A stretch of DNA of 64,000 nt from NCBI GenBank assembly GCA_023667695.1, contig JAMOZY010000004.1:46317-110316 (forward strand). The letters run 5' to 3'. Under the pieces are notes generated by a model that was not told where the DNA came from, ran no database searches, and was given only the letters and a program-made list of their open reading frames with translations. This stretch comes from Clostridium sp. (GTDB lineage: Bacteria > Bacillota > Clostridia > Lachnospirales > Lachnospiraceae). Both the position numbers and the translations under genes were made by a program. Positions 27,502 to 37,004 of this stretch are shown here, in pieces. Numbering within the stretch: the stretch's first letter is position 1; every line of letters begins with the position of its first letter.

Positions 27502-29726
27502 ATGAACAGGATTTTACACAATGGCTTCGGAAAAAAACCGACGTAACACCCATTCCGGAGCAGCTCTCACCGGAGCATATTACGGAAGAAATAAATCAAA
27601 ACCCAAAGAAAACAAAATGGTATCGAAGTCCTTGGATAAATGTTGGCGCTGCATGTCTGCTGGCATGTATCATCGGCGCCTCAGTCTGGACGGTCAGCAA
27701 AAGCAAAAACAATACCAATGAACCCGTGGCAGACAATGCTATCAAGGGCGGTGAATTTTCCCATGAATGGATGGAAGAAGCTCTTGATGAATCCGAAAAT
27801 ACCGACTCCATGCCTTCTTTATCCAAGAGTGGTATCCAGACTGCCGAAAGCTATCAGCAGTTATATCATCTGTTAGACAGTCTTGTTATCACTACCGCTA
27901 CTACTGATGCTTCCTTTGATGACTTCGATGTTGGAATAGCAGAAAATCTTGCAGTTGATGCCGTTCAAAATTCCCTTTCAGGCAAAGCAGATGCCGCCGT
28001 CGACCGGACAGAGACCGCTTATTCGGATACAAATGCCCAGGTAGAGCAGGTTGCGGAAGCAGATATTGTCAAGACAGATGGCGCCTATATCTATTCCTGC
28101 TATCGTTCAAGCGGCTATCGTTCAAGCGGATATGCCTGCAATGCCGTAGCAATCGCCAGTGCAGATAATGGAATACTGAAACCCTGTGGTGTCATTTCTA
28201 CGGAAAGCATCCTTGCCGGACTTCCTGACCGTGATTTTTACATCGAGGAAATGTATATTGCAAATCATAAGCTGATATTACTTTGTCAGGCCTGGAGCAA
28301 TGCCCAGACTTCCACATCAGACCTGACAAGGGGGGCTTATTGTGGAAATGGTTCCGGAACAGATACGTATATTCTGACTTATGATATCCGTAATCCTCAA
28401 AAACCGGAGCTGCTTTCCTCCCTGATGCAGGACGGCTGCTATCAAAGCTCCCGACTCGCCAATGGCTATCTGTATACCTTTTCCCAGAAATGGGAAAGCC
28501 TTCCGGAGGAATCCGAACGATACGACGACTATATTCCACACACGGAGGGAACCCTTCTTACCTGTAGTGATATCTGTATCCCGGCTTGTCCGGACGCTTC
28601 CTGCTATCAAATCATGACCGGTATGGCATTAGAGGACCCGGAACATTTTATTGCTTCCAAGGCAATATTATCCGGCAGCGGCACCTACTATGTCAGTGAA
28701 AATAATATTTACTTTGCACAGGAAGGCTGGGAACAGGGTGTCTCTACCACCGAATTATTAAAGTTTCACTATGCCGAGGGCAGTATCACGCCAGAAGGAA
28801 GTGTAACGATTAACGGATATTTACTCAATCAATTTGCTATGGATGAATATCAGGGATATCTGAGAGTAGCAGCTACTGTTACACCGGCTTATTCTTATGA
28901 TATTGAACCAGTTTATGAGGATGTGGTTTGGGAATCTGCAGCAATAGATACTGTAGGCGCAGCAGTCGATACAGAAGGTGGTACTAACACTAATTCCAAT
29001 TCTGTTACAACAAATGCGTTGTATATCATTGATTCTGATATGAATCTGGTTGGAAAAATCGAAAATCTTGCACCGGATGAACGGATTTACTCTGTCCGTT
29101 TTATGGGCGACAGTGGATACTTTGTAACCTATCGGGAAACGGACCCACTGTTTTCCGTGGATTTGTCCAATCCTGCCAATCCGAAGGTTATGGATGCGTT
29201 AAAGATACCGGGATTTTCCAATTATCTGCACTTTTACTCGGAAGACCTGCTGTTTGGGCTGGGAGAAGAAATCAATCCGGCGACTGGAGAATTTATGGGA
29301 TTAAAGCTTTCCATGTTTGATATCTCCGATCCATATCATATCAGTGAATCGGACAAAACCGTACTATCCGATGCCTATTACTCTACTGCCTTGTACAATC
29401 ACAAAGCACTTATGATTGATCCGGAACGAAATATCATCGGCTTTTATACCTATCATTATGATGATACTATATATGAACGTAAAGAACTGTATTCGATTTA
29501 CTCTTATATAGAAGGCAGCGGCTTCCAGAAGCTTTTTACCTGCAACATTCGTGAAGAGGAGATTTTTTCTGAGTACAGGGAGGCATATGGGGATGATCAT
29601 GGGAATATCCGTGGATTATATATTGGAGATTATCTGTATCTGGTTCTTGGCAATCGTATCTGCTCCTATTCTCTGGATACTTATGACAAAATAGATACCT
29701 GTATGATTCCGGAGCATTCATACTAA
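27498..29726 (+). CDS. Membrane-anchored putative anti-sigma factor with a large extracytoplasmic beta-propeller domain (COG4880-like)
   Basis: Translationally coupled to the ECF sigma gene. A short cytoplasmic N-terminus is followed by a TM (WINVGAACLLACIIGASVW) and about 680 aa with DIVKTDG...YIY and PLFSVDLSNP motifs, recalled from the beta-propeller family. Confidence 0.65.
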   Translation: MNEQDFTQWLRKKTDVTPIPEQLSPEHITEEINQNPKKTKWYRSPWINVGAACLLACIIGASVWTVSKSKNNTNEPVADNAIKGGEFSHEWMEEALDESENTDSMPSLSKSGIQTAESYQQLYHLLDSLVITTATTDASFDDFDVGIAENLAVDAVQNSLSGKADAAVDRTETAYSDTNAQVEQVAEADIVKTDGAYIYSCYRSSGYRSSGYACNAVAIASADNGILKPCGVISTESILAGLPDRDFYIEEMYIANHKLILLCQAWSNAQTSTSDLTRGAYCGNGSGTDTYILTYDIRNPQKPELLSSLMQDGCYQSSRLANGYLYTFSQKWESLPEESERYDDYIPHTEGTLLTCSDICIPACPDASCYQIMTGMALEDPEHFIASKAILSGSGTYYVSENNIYFAQEGWEQGVSTTELLKFHYAEGSITPEGSVTINGYLLNQFAMDEYQGYLRVAATVTPAYSYDIEPVYEDVVWESAAIDTVGAAVDTEGGTNTNSNSVTTNALYIIDSDMNLVGKIENLAPDERIYSVRFMGDSGYFVTYRETDPLFSVDLSNPANPKVMDALKIPGFSNYLHFYSEDLLFGLGEEINPATGEFMGLKLSMFDISDPYHISESDKTVLSDAYYSTALYNHKALMIDPERNIIGFYTYHYDDTIYERKELYSIYSYIEGSGFQKLFTCNIREEEIFSEYREAYGDDHGNIRGLYIGDYLYLVLGNRICSYSLDTYDKIDTCMIPEHSY

Positions 29727-29770
29727 GAATTATGATGCTTCTCTGCTGATTAACATTCTGATTAAAAATG

Positions 29771-29817
29771 CCCTGTCCGGTCGGCATGGTTCTCTGAGCC
29801 AGCCATCCAGACAGGGT
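29771..29817. terminator. Long imperfect hairpin between convergent genes (probable bidirectional terminator)
   Basis: CCCTGTC and GACAGGG stems flank inner pairing and are followed by TGTTTT on the plus strand. Confidence 0.5.
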
Positions 29818-29823
29818 GTTTTA

Positions 29824-30876
29824 CTACTGAGTATTTACATGCTCTTCATAGGTTTCCGTAAAAATGTGACTACCGATTTCTTCATTATCAACATGATAAT
29901 ATAAATAATTATGTTCCGCCGGATATAATACGGCATTCAAAGATACCGCGCCCGGATTACAGATTGGTCCAACCGGAAGCCCTGTATTCTTATAAGTATT
30001 ATATAAGGAATCAATCTCTAAGTCATCATAGGTTACTTCCGACTTGTCATAGATTCCATTGGTAATAGGATACAATACAGTAGGACACATCTGCAGCATC
30101 ATTCCCTGTTCCAATCGATTATTGATGACGCCTGCGATTATCGGCCGTTCTTCATCCAGCTTAGCTTCCCGTTCAACAATAGCAGCACGATTGACCACCT
30201 CAAAAGCGGTATAATTCATTGCTTCAGCCTGGGTACGCATGCCGTCACTATATACCTCGTCAAACTTTCGCAGCATCATATCCACCAGGTCATGGGCCGT
30301 TGTATCCTCATAAATATCATAGGTAGCCGGAAATAAAAAGCCCTGTAATCGATAATTTACATTTACGCCTTCCGGTATGCTGTCCAAAAAATCATAGGTA
30401 TAGGTATCTTCCTGTACTGCTTCCAGGAATTCTTCCTCTGTAAATAAACCAGCCTCATTTACCCTGTATGCAATCTGCTCAATGGAAAAGCCCTCCGGTA
30501 TGGTTACCGTTGCCATAACCGTTCTGACCGGCTCCACATGCCCCAGAATTTCTATCATTTCCCAGGTACTCATGCCGGTATTCAAGGTAAACTCTCCCGG
30601 CTGCAGAGACCCCCGGTAATCAGACTCCTTCACCCGCTTTACAAAAGCGGCTGGAAACTGTATCAGACCATTATCCTTCAATATCTGGGCAATCTGCTTG
30701 GTAGCTGCACCCTCTGGAATCACCACTACCACATCTTCCCCTTCTGTGGATTCCATCCCCTGATATTCATCCTGATAAATCTTATACTGACTATATCCAT
30801 ATATCATGCTGACCAAAATAACAATTAAAATAACAGCTATTACGATTAATGGTTTTGGATTCTTCATTTGTACCAT
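29824..30876 (-). CDS. mltG: Endolytic murein transglycosylase MltG (YceG-like)
   Basis: 350 aa with an N-terminal TM and YceG-like motifs (ASIVEREA-like AAIVEREA, LQMCPTVLY, YNTY...GLPVGPICNPG). Confidence 0.85.
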   Translation of the reverse strand: MVQMKNPKPLIVIAVILIVILVSMIYGYSQYKIYQDEYQGMESTEGEDVVVVIPEGAATKQIAQILKDNGLIQFPAAFVKRVKESDYRGSLQPGEFTLNTGMSTWEMIEILGHVEPVRTVMATVTIPEGFSIEQIAYRVNEAGLFTEEEFLEAVQEDTYTYDFLDSIPEGVNVNYRLQGFLFPATYDIYEDTTAHDLVDMMLRKFDEVYSDGMRTQAEAMNYTAFEVVNRAAIVEREAKLDEERPIIAGVINNRLEQGMMLQMCPTVLYPITNGIYDKSEVTYDDLEIDSLYNTYKNTGLPVGPICNPGAVSLNAVLYPAEHNYLYYHVDNEEIGSHIFTETYEEHVNTQ

Positions 30877-30879
30877 CCT

Positions 30880-31398
30880 TTACATCTTTTCCGGCTCTGG
30901 ATATTCTACACCAAAAGTATCAACAGTTACCGTTGCCATTCTCTGGTCCTCCAGAGGCCGGTCAGAATAATCCGTAGACACTTCTGCTATCTTATTTACA
31001 ACCTCCATACCTTCAATAATCTTACCAAAGGCAGCATAAGAACCATCCAAATGCGGAGATGTCTTATGCATGATAAAGAACTGGGAGCCGGCAGAATTCG
31101 GGTCCATAGCACGGGCCATGGATAAAACACCTTCTGTATGCTTTAGATTATTTTCCACACCATTCATGGAAAACTCTCCCTTGATACTATAACCAGGGCC
31201 ACCCATGCCGTTGCCATCCGGACAGCCGCCCTGAATCATAAAGCCACGAATCACCCGATGAAAAATCAAGCCGTCATAATATCCCTTCTTTATAAGTGAA
31301 ATAAAATTATGAACAGAAACCGGTGCAATATCCGGATATAATTCTGCTTTCATAATATCACCATTTTCCATAGTTATTGTCACAATTGGATTTGCCAT
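30880..31398 (-). CDS. ppiB: Cyclophilin-type peptidyl-prolyl cis-trans isomerase
   Basis: 172 aa with FHRVIRGFMIQGG...GSQFFI motifs. Confidence 0.9.
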   Translation of the reverse strand: MANPIVTITMENGDIMKAELYPDIAPVSVHNFISLIKKGYYDGLIFHRVIRGFMIQGGCPDGNGMGGPGYSIKGEFSMNGVENNLKHTEGVLSMARAMDPNSAGSQFFIMHKTSPHLDGSYAAFGKIIEGMEVVNKIAEVSTDYSDRPLEDQRMATVTVDTFGVEYPEPEKM

Positions 31399-31436
31399 TC
31401 TTTTTTCCTCCTACTTAAAACACTCAACTCATTTAC

Positions 31437-31700
31437 CACTTTACTGCAAGCCGACCCAAGGGCTCCTCCCAGCTTTGCTGGGTCCCTCCTCAGGTCAAAT
31501 CTCAAGGCATTCCTGACTTCAACTGCACTTTACTGCAAGCCGACCCAAGGACTCCTCCCAGCTTCGCTGGGTCCCTCCTCAGGTCAAATCTCAAGGCATT
31601 CCTGACTTCAACTGCACTTTACTGCAAGCCGACCCAAGGACTCCTCCCAGCTTCGCCGGGTCCCTCCTCAGGTCAAATTCCAAAAGCCTTCCAGGGTTGC
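31437..31700. repeat. 89-bp tandem repeat, about 2.9 copies, between lysA and ppiB. The last copy overlaps the lysA stop.
   Basis: Units start at 31437, 31526 and 31615, giving an exact 89-bp period with 1-2 substitutions per unit. The unit tail tcaggtcaaatctcaaggcattcc resembles the genuine lysA 3' end tcaggtcaaattccaaaagccttcc. Confidence 0.9.
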
Positions 31701-32936
31701 AAAATAATCCTCCGGTGTTTCTGCCCTGCGAATCAGCTTTACCGACCCATCCTCCTGTAGCAAAAGCTCCGCCGATTTTAATTTGCCGTTATAATTATAT
31801 CCCATGGCAAAGCCATGGGCCCCTGTATCATGTATCACAAGCAAATCACCGACTTCAATCTCCGGCAGTTTACGGTCGACCGCAAATTTATCATTATTCT
31901 CGCACAAGGAACCGGTAATATCATAGATATGATCACAAGGCATCTCTTCCTTGCCCATAACCGTAATATGATGATACGCCCCATACATGGCAGGACGCAT
32001 CAAATTAACTGCGCAGGCGTCTACTCCAATGTACTCTTTATAGGTATGCTTTTCATGGATAGCCTTCACAACCAAATGTCCGTATGGCGCCAGCATAAAC
32101 CGGCCAAGCTCGGTAAAAATCTTAACATTTCCCATACCAGCCGGCACCAGCACTTCATCATACACCCTATGGACGCCTTCCCCAATCACTAAAATATCAT
32201 TGGGTTCCTTATCCGGTGTATACGGAATACCCACTCCACCAGACAAATTAATGAAGCTTAAAACAACACCTGTCTTTTCTTTAATCTCAACCGCCAACTG
32301 GAATAGAAGCTTTGCCAGCGTCGGATAATATTCATTTGTCACCGTATTGCTGGCTAAAAAGGCATGCATGCCAAAGGTTTCAACGCCTAAATCCCTTAAT
32401 CTGGTATAGGCCTCTAAAATCTGTTCCTTCGTCATGCCATACTTGGCATCCCCAGGGTTGTCCATAATATCCGTTCCCAATTCAAAAAGTCCGCCCGGAT
32501 TAAAGCGGCAGCTGATTTTTTTCGGAATTCCCGCACTCTTCTTCAAAAAGTCAATATGTGTAATATCATCCAGATTAATCGTTGCATCTAATTCTCTTGC
32601 CTTTATGAATTCCTCTGCCGGAGTATCATTTGAAGAAAACATAATCTCATCGCCTGCAAATCCAATCCGCTCCGACATCATTAATTCCGTCATGGAAGAA
32701 CAATCCGTTCCGCATCCTTCTTCCTTCAAAATCCGTAATATCGTCGGGTTCGGTGTGGCTTTTACAGCAAAATATTCCTTAAATCCCGGATTCCAGGCAA
32801 ATGCCTGCTTCAATCTTCTGGCATTCTCCCGGATTCCCTTTTCATCATATAAATGAAAGGGGGTTGGATATTCTTTGGTGATTTTTTCTAATTGTTCCTT
32901 CGTCACAAAGGTTTTTTTCATCATGGTTCTTTTCAC
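31668..32936 (-). CDS. lysA: Diaminopimelate decarboxylase (PLP fold-type III)
   Basis: 422 aa with YPTPFHLYDE, FAVKATPNP (PLP lysine), GGG.GIPY and CENND motifs. Confidence 0.8.
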   Translation of the reverse strand: MKRTMMKKTFVTKEQLEKITKEYPTPFHLYDEKGIRENARRLKQAFAWNPGFKEYFAVKATPNPTILRILKEEGCGTDCSSMTELMMSERIGFAGDEIMFSSNDTPAEEFIKARELDATINLDDITHIDFLKKSAGIPKKISCRFNPGGLFELGTDIMDNPGDAKYGMTKEQILEAYTRLRDLGVETFGMHAFLASNTVTNEYYPTLAKLLFQLAVEIKEKTGVVLSFINLSGGVGIPYTPDKEPNDILVIGEGVHRVYDEVLVPAGMGNVKIFTELGRFMLAPYGHLVVKAIHEKHTYKEYIGVDACAVNLMRPAMYGAYHHITVMGKEEMPCDHIYDITGSLCENNDKFAVDRKLPEIEVGDLLVIHDTGAHGFAMGYNYNGKLKSAELLLQEDGSVKLIRRAETPEDYFATLEGFWNLT

Positions 32937-33061
32937 TCCACTCTATAAAATAGACATTACCGTATGAATCATACTATATTTATCCTGAAAAGGCAACGCA
33001 ATGTTCAATAATGCAATTCTTCATCTGTATCCGCAATTAACCAGCGGAACATTACCATACA

Positions 33062-33823
33062 TTACGATAATTCTTCGGAATCATCCATGTCGCCTTCAGA
33101 AGCTCCCAATGACGCTTCTTCCTTTCGGTCGTATATCTCATCAAAGTCTACTTCTATGTTAAAATCATAGTCATCATTATTGATTTTCCCGTCATTCTCA
33201 TCAATATATCCACATTTCTTAAAAAACCGTTCAAAATTATAGACAAGAAGATAGCCGGACACTCCGATGCCAAACAGAACCATAATAATAACCGCAAACC
33301 AGGACAGACAACATAAATATACCAGAATTCCTAAAAAGATAATAACTGCTACCGCAAAGGGCAGATGACTGACCCCAATCAGAAAGGCATTTTTAATCGT
33401 ATTCTTAATCGTATTTTCAAATCTGGCCTGCAACGGAAACACAAAAACGAAAGTCAGCAGCCATGCTAATGCTATAATCGCACTGATAATAACCATTGCA
33501 ACAGCAAACTGCATGTCGGAAACAGCCAGCCAGAAATAAATATCCATTCCAAAAATAATACCAGCAGCCAACATAATCAGCCAGATTAAAGTGCCTTTCT
33601 TAAAATTTTTCCCGAAGCTTATAAAATACCGTTTAAAAATATATCCATCTTCTTTTCGCAAAGAATCCATTGCTGTATAATAGAATGCGCATAACGAAGC
33701 TCCAATCGTGATAACCGGAATACAGGTTATGATAAACAAAATTCCCGTCACCATCATATCTGCAAATCGGTTTATTGCTTTCCAAACCGGATTATTCTCT
33801 CCAAATGTACCATAATTTGACAT
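33062..33823 (-). CDS. YesL/DUF624-family membrane protein with acidic C-terminal tail
   Basis: From ATG 33823 it reads MSNYGTFGENNPVWKAINRFADMMVTGILFIITCIPVITIGASLCAFYY, the typical YesL N-terminus. The ORF-track extension to 34108 overlaps acyP and was dropped. Confidence 0.7.
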   Translation of the reverse strand: MSNYGTFGENNPVWKAINRFADMMVTGILFIITCIPVITIGASLCAFYYTAMDSLRKEDGYIFKRYFISFGKNFKKGTLIWLIMLAAGIIFGMDIYFWLAVSDMQFAVAMVIISAIIALAWLLTFVFVFPLQARFENTIKNTIKNAFLIGVSHLPFAVAVIIFLGILVYLCCLSWFAVIIMVLFGIGVSGYLLVYNFERFFKKCGYIDENDGKINNDDYDFNIEVDFDEIYDRKEEASLGASEGDMDDSEELS

Positions 33824-33950
33824 TGTTTTTCTCCAATCTATATCATTCCGGCAGATGATTTTCTTCACCCGTCTAAGTTTCCTGTATATCATAGAGGAAT
33901 ATACCCGGAAATTCAAGTTAAAAAATTCTAAAAAGTAACGGTCCCAAATG

Positions 33951-34223
33951 TTAATACCGGATGCGGAATGCAGTTTCACCGGATACCTCCTGCGTATCGG
34001 CCACTGATTTATTATCAATCCGAATCCAGTTGGTTCCTGTGTCCAAATTCTGCACAAACAGGTCAACCAATTCCGGTTCGCCCTGTACTTCCATTTCGAC
34101 AGCCCCATTATTCAGATTTCTTACCCAGCCGGTCAGATGATAGTCCAGCGCCAGATTCATGGCATGATAACGAAAGCCGACTCCCTGTACCCGTCCGGAG
34201 ACCAATATATATTTACGTGCCAT
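33951..34223 (-). CDS. acyP: Acylphosphatase
   Basis: 90 aa with the VSGRVQGVGFR motif and WVRN. Confidence 0.85.
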   Translation of the reverse strand: MARKYILVSGRVQGVGFRYHAMNLALDYHLTGWVRNLNNGAVEMEVQGEPELVDLFVQNLDTGTNWIRIDNKSVADTQEVSGETAFRIRY

Positions 34224-34288
34224 CTCTTCATTCCTATCATAATGATTTATATCAGGTTCAGAAAGCAGTCTCCCAGCAGAAGCAAGCC

Positions 34289-34687
34289 TTAGAATATATT
34301 ACTCAAATTCTGCTTAATCTGCGTGGTACTGACCTCCGGTGTCCGTGGTAAATATATCACTTCTGCTCCCTGTTCCTTCAAAAAATCAAACCTTCCTCTC
34401 CAGTCATCTCCCATTATAAAAGTATCAATATGATATTCGTGCAAATCTGATATTTTTTGTTCCCAATTTTCTTCCGGAATCACCAAATCTACATACCGGA
34501 CGGATTCCACCAGCATCTTCCTTTGTTCATAAGAAAAATAGCTCCTCTTATGCTTTGCCTCCCAGTTAAATTCATCTGTAGAAAGGGCTACAATCAAATA
34601 ATCTCCATATTGCTTTGCCTTTCTCAATAAATTGATATGTCCATAATGCAAAAGATCAAATGTTCCGTAAGTAATAACTCTCTTCAT
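34289..34687 (-). CDS. tagD: Glycerol-3-phosphate cytidylyltransferase (makes CDP-glycerol)
   Basis: MKRVITYGTFDLLHYGHINLLRKAK...RTPEVSTT matches the classic TagD/TarD signature. ATG 34687 has the best RBS spacing. Confidence 0.88.
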   Translation of the reverse strand: MKRVITYGTFDLLHYGHINLLRKAKQYGDYLIVALSTDEFNWEAKHKRSYFSYEQRKMLVESVRYVDLVIPEENWEQKISDLHEYHIDTFIMGDDWRGRFDFLKEQGAEVIYLPRTPEVSTTQIKQNLSNIF

Positions 34688-34837
34688 ATGCATCTCCTTA
34701 TGACTGCAATCTTCTAATTCGACATTTTCACAATGTTGAAATAAATCCTGTATTTTAAGTATATACTATTCCCTGTCTCTGTGTCAAAAATAACCGTCTA
34801 CGCTTACTCTGAAAACATTTCATATTAACTATCTGCT

Positions 34838-35644
34838 TCATAATAATCCCCGAAAAATTTTCAGTGCTTTAAAAATATCTTCCAAATCTTCTACAACATC
34901 ATACTGCCTTGCCATTTCCTCTAAAGCATCCATTTTATAATCCCATAAACCATTATCTCTAATATCTTTTTCATATTTCTTGAGAATAATACTGCTGGCA
35001 ATCAAGTGGTTGCCTAAATCTCTTGAAACACTATCCGCTGACTTATACGCCTTTAAAACAGGTGCTGCAACAAATCCTGTCGGGAAATGCTTTGTAATCC
35101 GTAATGCCAGTTCATAATCCTCCAAGGCAGCAAGGGATGTATCAAATAAACCAATGGTATCAAACACTGCTTTGCGTACAAGCATAGTCGGCGTACCAAT
35201 CTGGTTCTGTTTTAAACAAGCTTTAAAAACCTGTGTCCCAGCATCCGTCGGCGGATAAGGTACTGATAATTTTCCACCCTCATCATATACTACCTGTCCA
35301 TATACAAGTCCATATTCCGGATGTGCTTTCATCATAGACATCTGAAGCTGCAGCTTATCCGGCAGCCAGCAGTCATCACTGTCCTGAAAGGCAACATATT
35401 CCCCCTGGGCTGCCTGTATGCCCGTATTTCTGGCAGATGCCTGTCCCTTGTTTTCCGGACAGTAAATATAGCGAATCCGCACATCCTGTTCCAGCACGGG
35501 CTTTACTATATCCTTCGTATTATCTGTAGAACCATCATCCACAATAATTAATTCCCACTCTGAATAGGATTGTTCCATTACACTCTGAACAGAACGCATC
35601 AATGTCCCCGCCCGGTTATAAGTCGGTATAATCACAGAAACCAT
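34838..35644 (-). CDS. Family 2 glycosyltransferase
   Basis: MVSVIIPTYNRAG...VDDGSTD...QDSDD is the GT-A DXD architecture. Confidence 0.85.
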   Translation of the reverse strand: MVSVIIPTYNRAGTLMRSVQSVMEQSYSEWELIIVDDGSTDNTKDIVKPVLEQDVRIRYIYCPENKGQASARNTGIQAAQGEYVAFQDSDDCWLPDKLQLQMSMMKAHPEYGLVYGQVVYDEGGKLSVPYPPTDAGTQVFKACLKQNQIGTPTMLVRKAVFDTIGLFDTSLAALEDYELALRITKHFPTGFVAAPVLKAYKSADSVSRDLGNHLIASSIILKKYEKDIRDNGLWDYKMDALEEMARQYDVVEDLEDIFKALKIFRGLL

Positions 35645-35800
35645 GTCTCATTTCCCCTTTTCATCTGCATTTTAGTTAAGTTAATTATAATCCAGGGGTT
35701 TTGTAATAGCAATCATATTCCAAATAAGAGAATAGATTTTTATTTAATAATTGTACCAGTCCAAAAAACAATGTATAATAAAGGTGGAGGTAACGATATA

Positions 35801-37003
35801 ATGCACTTACTATTTTGCAAATGGACGAACTCAAGTGAATATGGAATTGAACAAACATTTCAGAAAATGGGGCTTCGTGTAACATCCCTTCAACATTCTT
35901 TCTCGAATGTTTCCCTTGCTGTTGAAAGTCTGCAGCTTCTTCGGGCAGCATTAGAGAAAGAACGATTTGATATTTTATTTTCCATCAACTTTCTTCCAGT
36001 GGTTTCAAAGGTATGTAATATTTATCATATCCCTTACATTTGCTGGGTGATGGATTCCCCTTGTCTTACCCTGTATTCGGATTCCATCCGGAATTCCTGC
36101 AATCATATTTTTATCTTTGATTATGCTTTATATGAATCCGTTGCGGCATATAATCCAAATGGTATTCATTACCTTCCACTAGCCACCTGTACCGATATAT
36201 GGGATGAGATTTCCGTATCAGAGAAGGATTATGAACAATATGGCTGTGATGTATCCTTTATCGGTTCTTTGTATAACCAGTCCAGTCCATATAATTCAGT
36301 GGAGGGCCTGTCTCCCTATACCAAAGGCTACTTAGATGGATTGATTGATGCCCAGCTTCATACATATGGTTATCACTTTTTACAGGAGTGCCTGACACCG
36401 GAAATTGTACAGGAATTCAAAACCTGCGCAGACTGGCAATGGTATCCGGACTACCGGATGGATGATATTGGTGTCATAGAAAGTTCTTACCTGAGCAAAC
36501 GCTGCGCAGAGTTGGAACGCTGCCAAATCGCAGAATGTCTTTCTTCTACGTTTAACTTTCATCTTTACACAAACAGTGATGTCAGCAAATTACATGGTGT
36601 ACAGAATCTGGGAACCGTAGATTACTATGATACAATGCCTCGTATTTTCCGTTGTAGCAGCATTAACTTAAATATCACCTCCAAGTCCATTCATACCGGG
36701 CTTCCTCTCCGCATATTTGATATTCTGGGTGCTGGAGGATTCCTGCTTACCAATTATCAGGAAGAACTGCCAAATTATTTTGAAATCGGTACAGACTTAG
36801 ATATTTATGAAAGCTTGGATGATTTACAGGATAAAATCAACTATTATCTAAAGAATCCGGAGCTTCGAAAGGAAATCGCCCAAAACGGCCGGGAAAAAGT
36901 CCGCCGGGAATTTACCTATCTATCTGCATTAACCAAGATGCTCACGGTCAGCCTGATGCCTCCGGATACACTTTACACAGAACATACAGAAGGGGAAAAT
37001 TAA
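35801..37003 (+). CDS. CgeB-like glycosyltransferase (DUF3880 N-terminal region plus GT1-like C-terminal domain), paralog 1
   Basis: ATG 35801 follows a GGTGGAGG RBS. It aligns along its full length with the next ORF (FCKWT..., IPYICxxxDSPC, DxSFIGSLY, GLPxRIFDILGxGGFLxTN). The family call is from memory. Confidence 0.65.
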   Translation: MHLLFCKWTNSSEYGIEQTFQKMGLRVTSLQHSFSNVSLAVESLQLLRAALEKERFDILFSINFLPVVSKVCNIYHIPYICWVMDSPCLTLYSDSIRNSCNHIFIFDYALYESVAAYNPNGIHYLPLATCTDIWDEISVSEKDYEQYGCDVSFIGSLYNQSSPYNSVEGLSPYTKGYLDGLIDAQLHTYGYHFLQECLTPEIVQEFKTCADWQWYPDYRMDDIGVIESSYLSKRCAELERCQIAECLSSTFNFHLYTNSDVSKLHGVQNLGTVDYYDTMPRIFRCSSINLNITSKSIHTGLPLRIFDILGAGGFLLTNYQEELPNYFEIGTDLDIYESLDDLQDKINYYLKNPELRKEIAQNGREKVRREFTYLSALTKMLTVSLMPPDTLYTEHTEGEN

Positions 37004-37004
37004 C

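Noticed and set aside
28101-28130. Perfect-looking 15-nt tandem duplication (tatcgttcaagcgg x2) giving YRSSGYRSSGY in the anti-sigma ectodomain
   Set aside because: It is real but is a trivial in-frame micro-duplication with no evident functional implication.
31437-31700. Possible CRISPR array
   Set aside because: The units are contiguous 89-bp copies with no unique spacers and no nearby cas genes. This is a plain tandem duplication.
32937-33061. Possible lysine riboswitch upstream of lysA
   Set aside because: The spacer is only about 125 nt and shows none of the L-box conserved helices that I can recognise.
33824-34108. N-terminal extension of the 348-aa ORF (33062-34108)
   Set aside because: The extension overlaps the acylphosphatase gene in another frame. 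The YesL-like sequence begins at the internal ATG at 33823.
35570-35800. N-terminal extension of the 477-aa plus-strand ORF
   Set aside because: It overlaps the GT2 start region on the other strand. A strong RBS precedes ATG 35801, and homology to the paralog (37005-38174) begins there.
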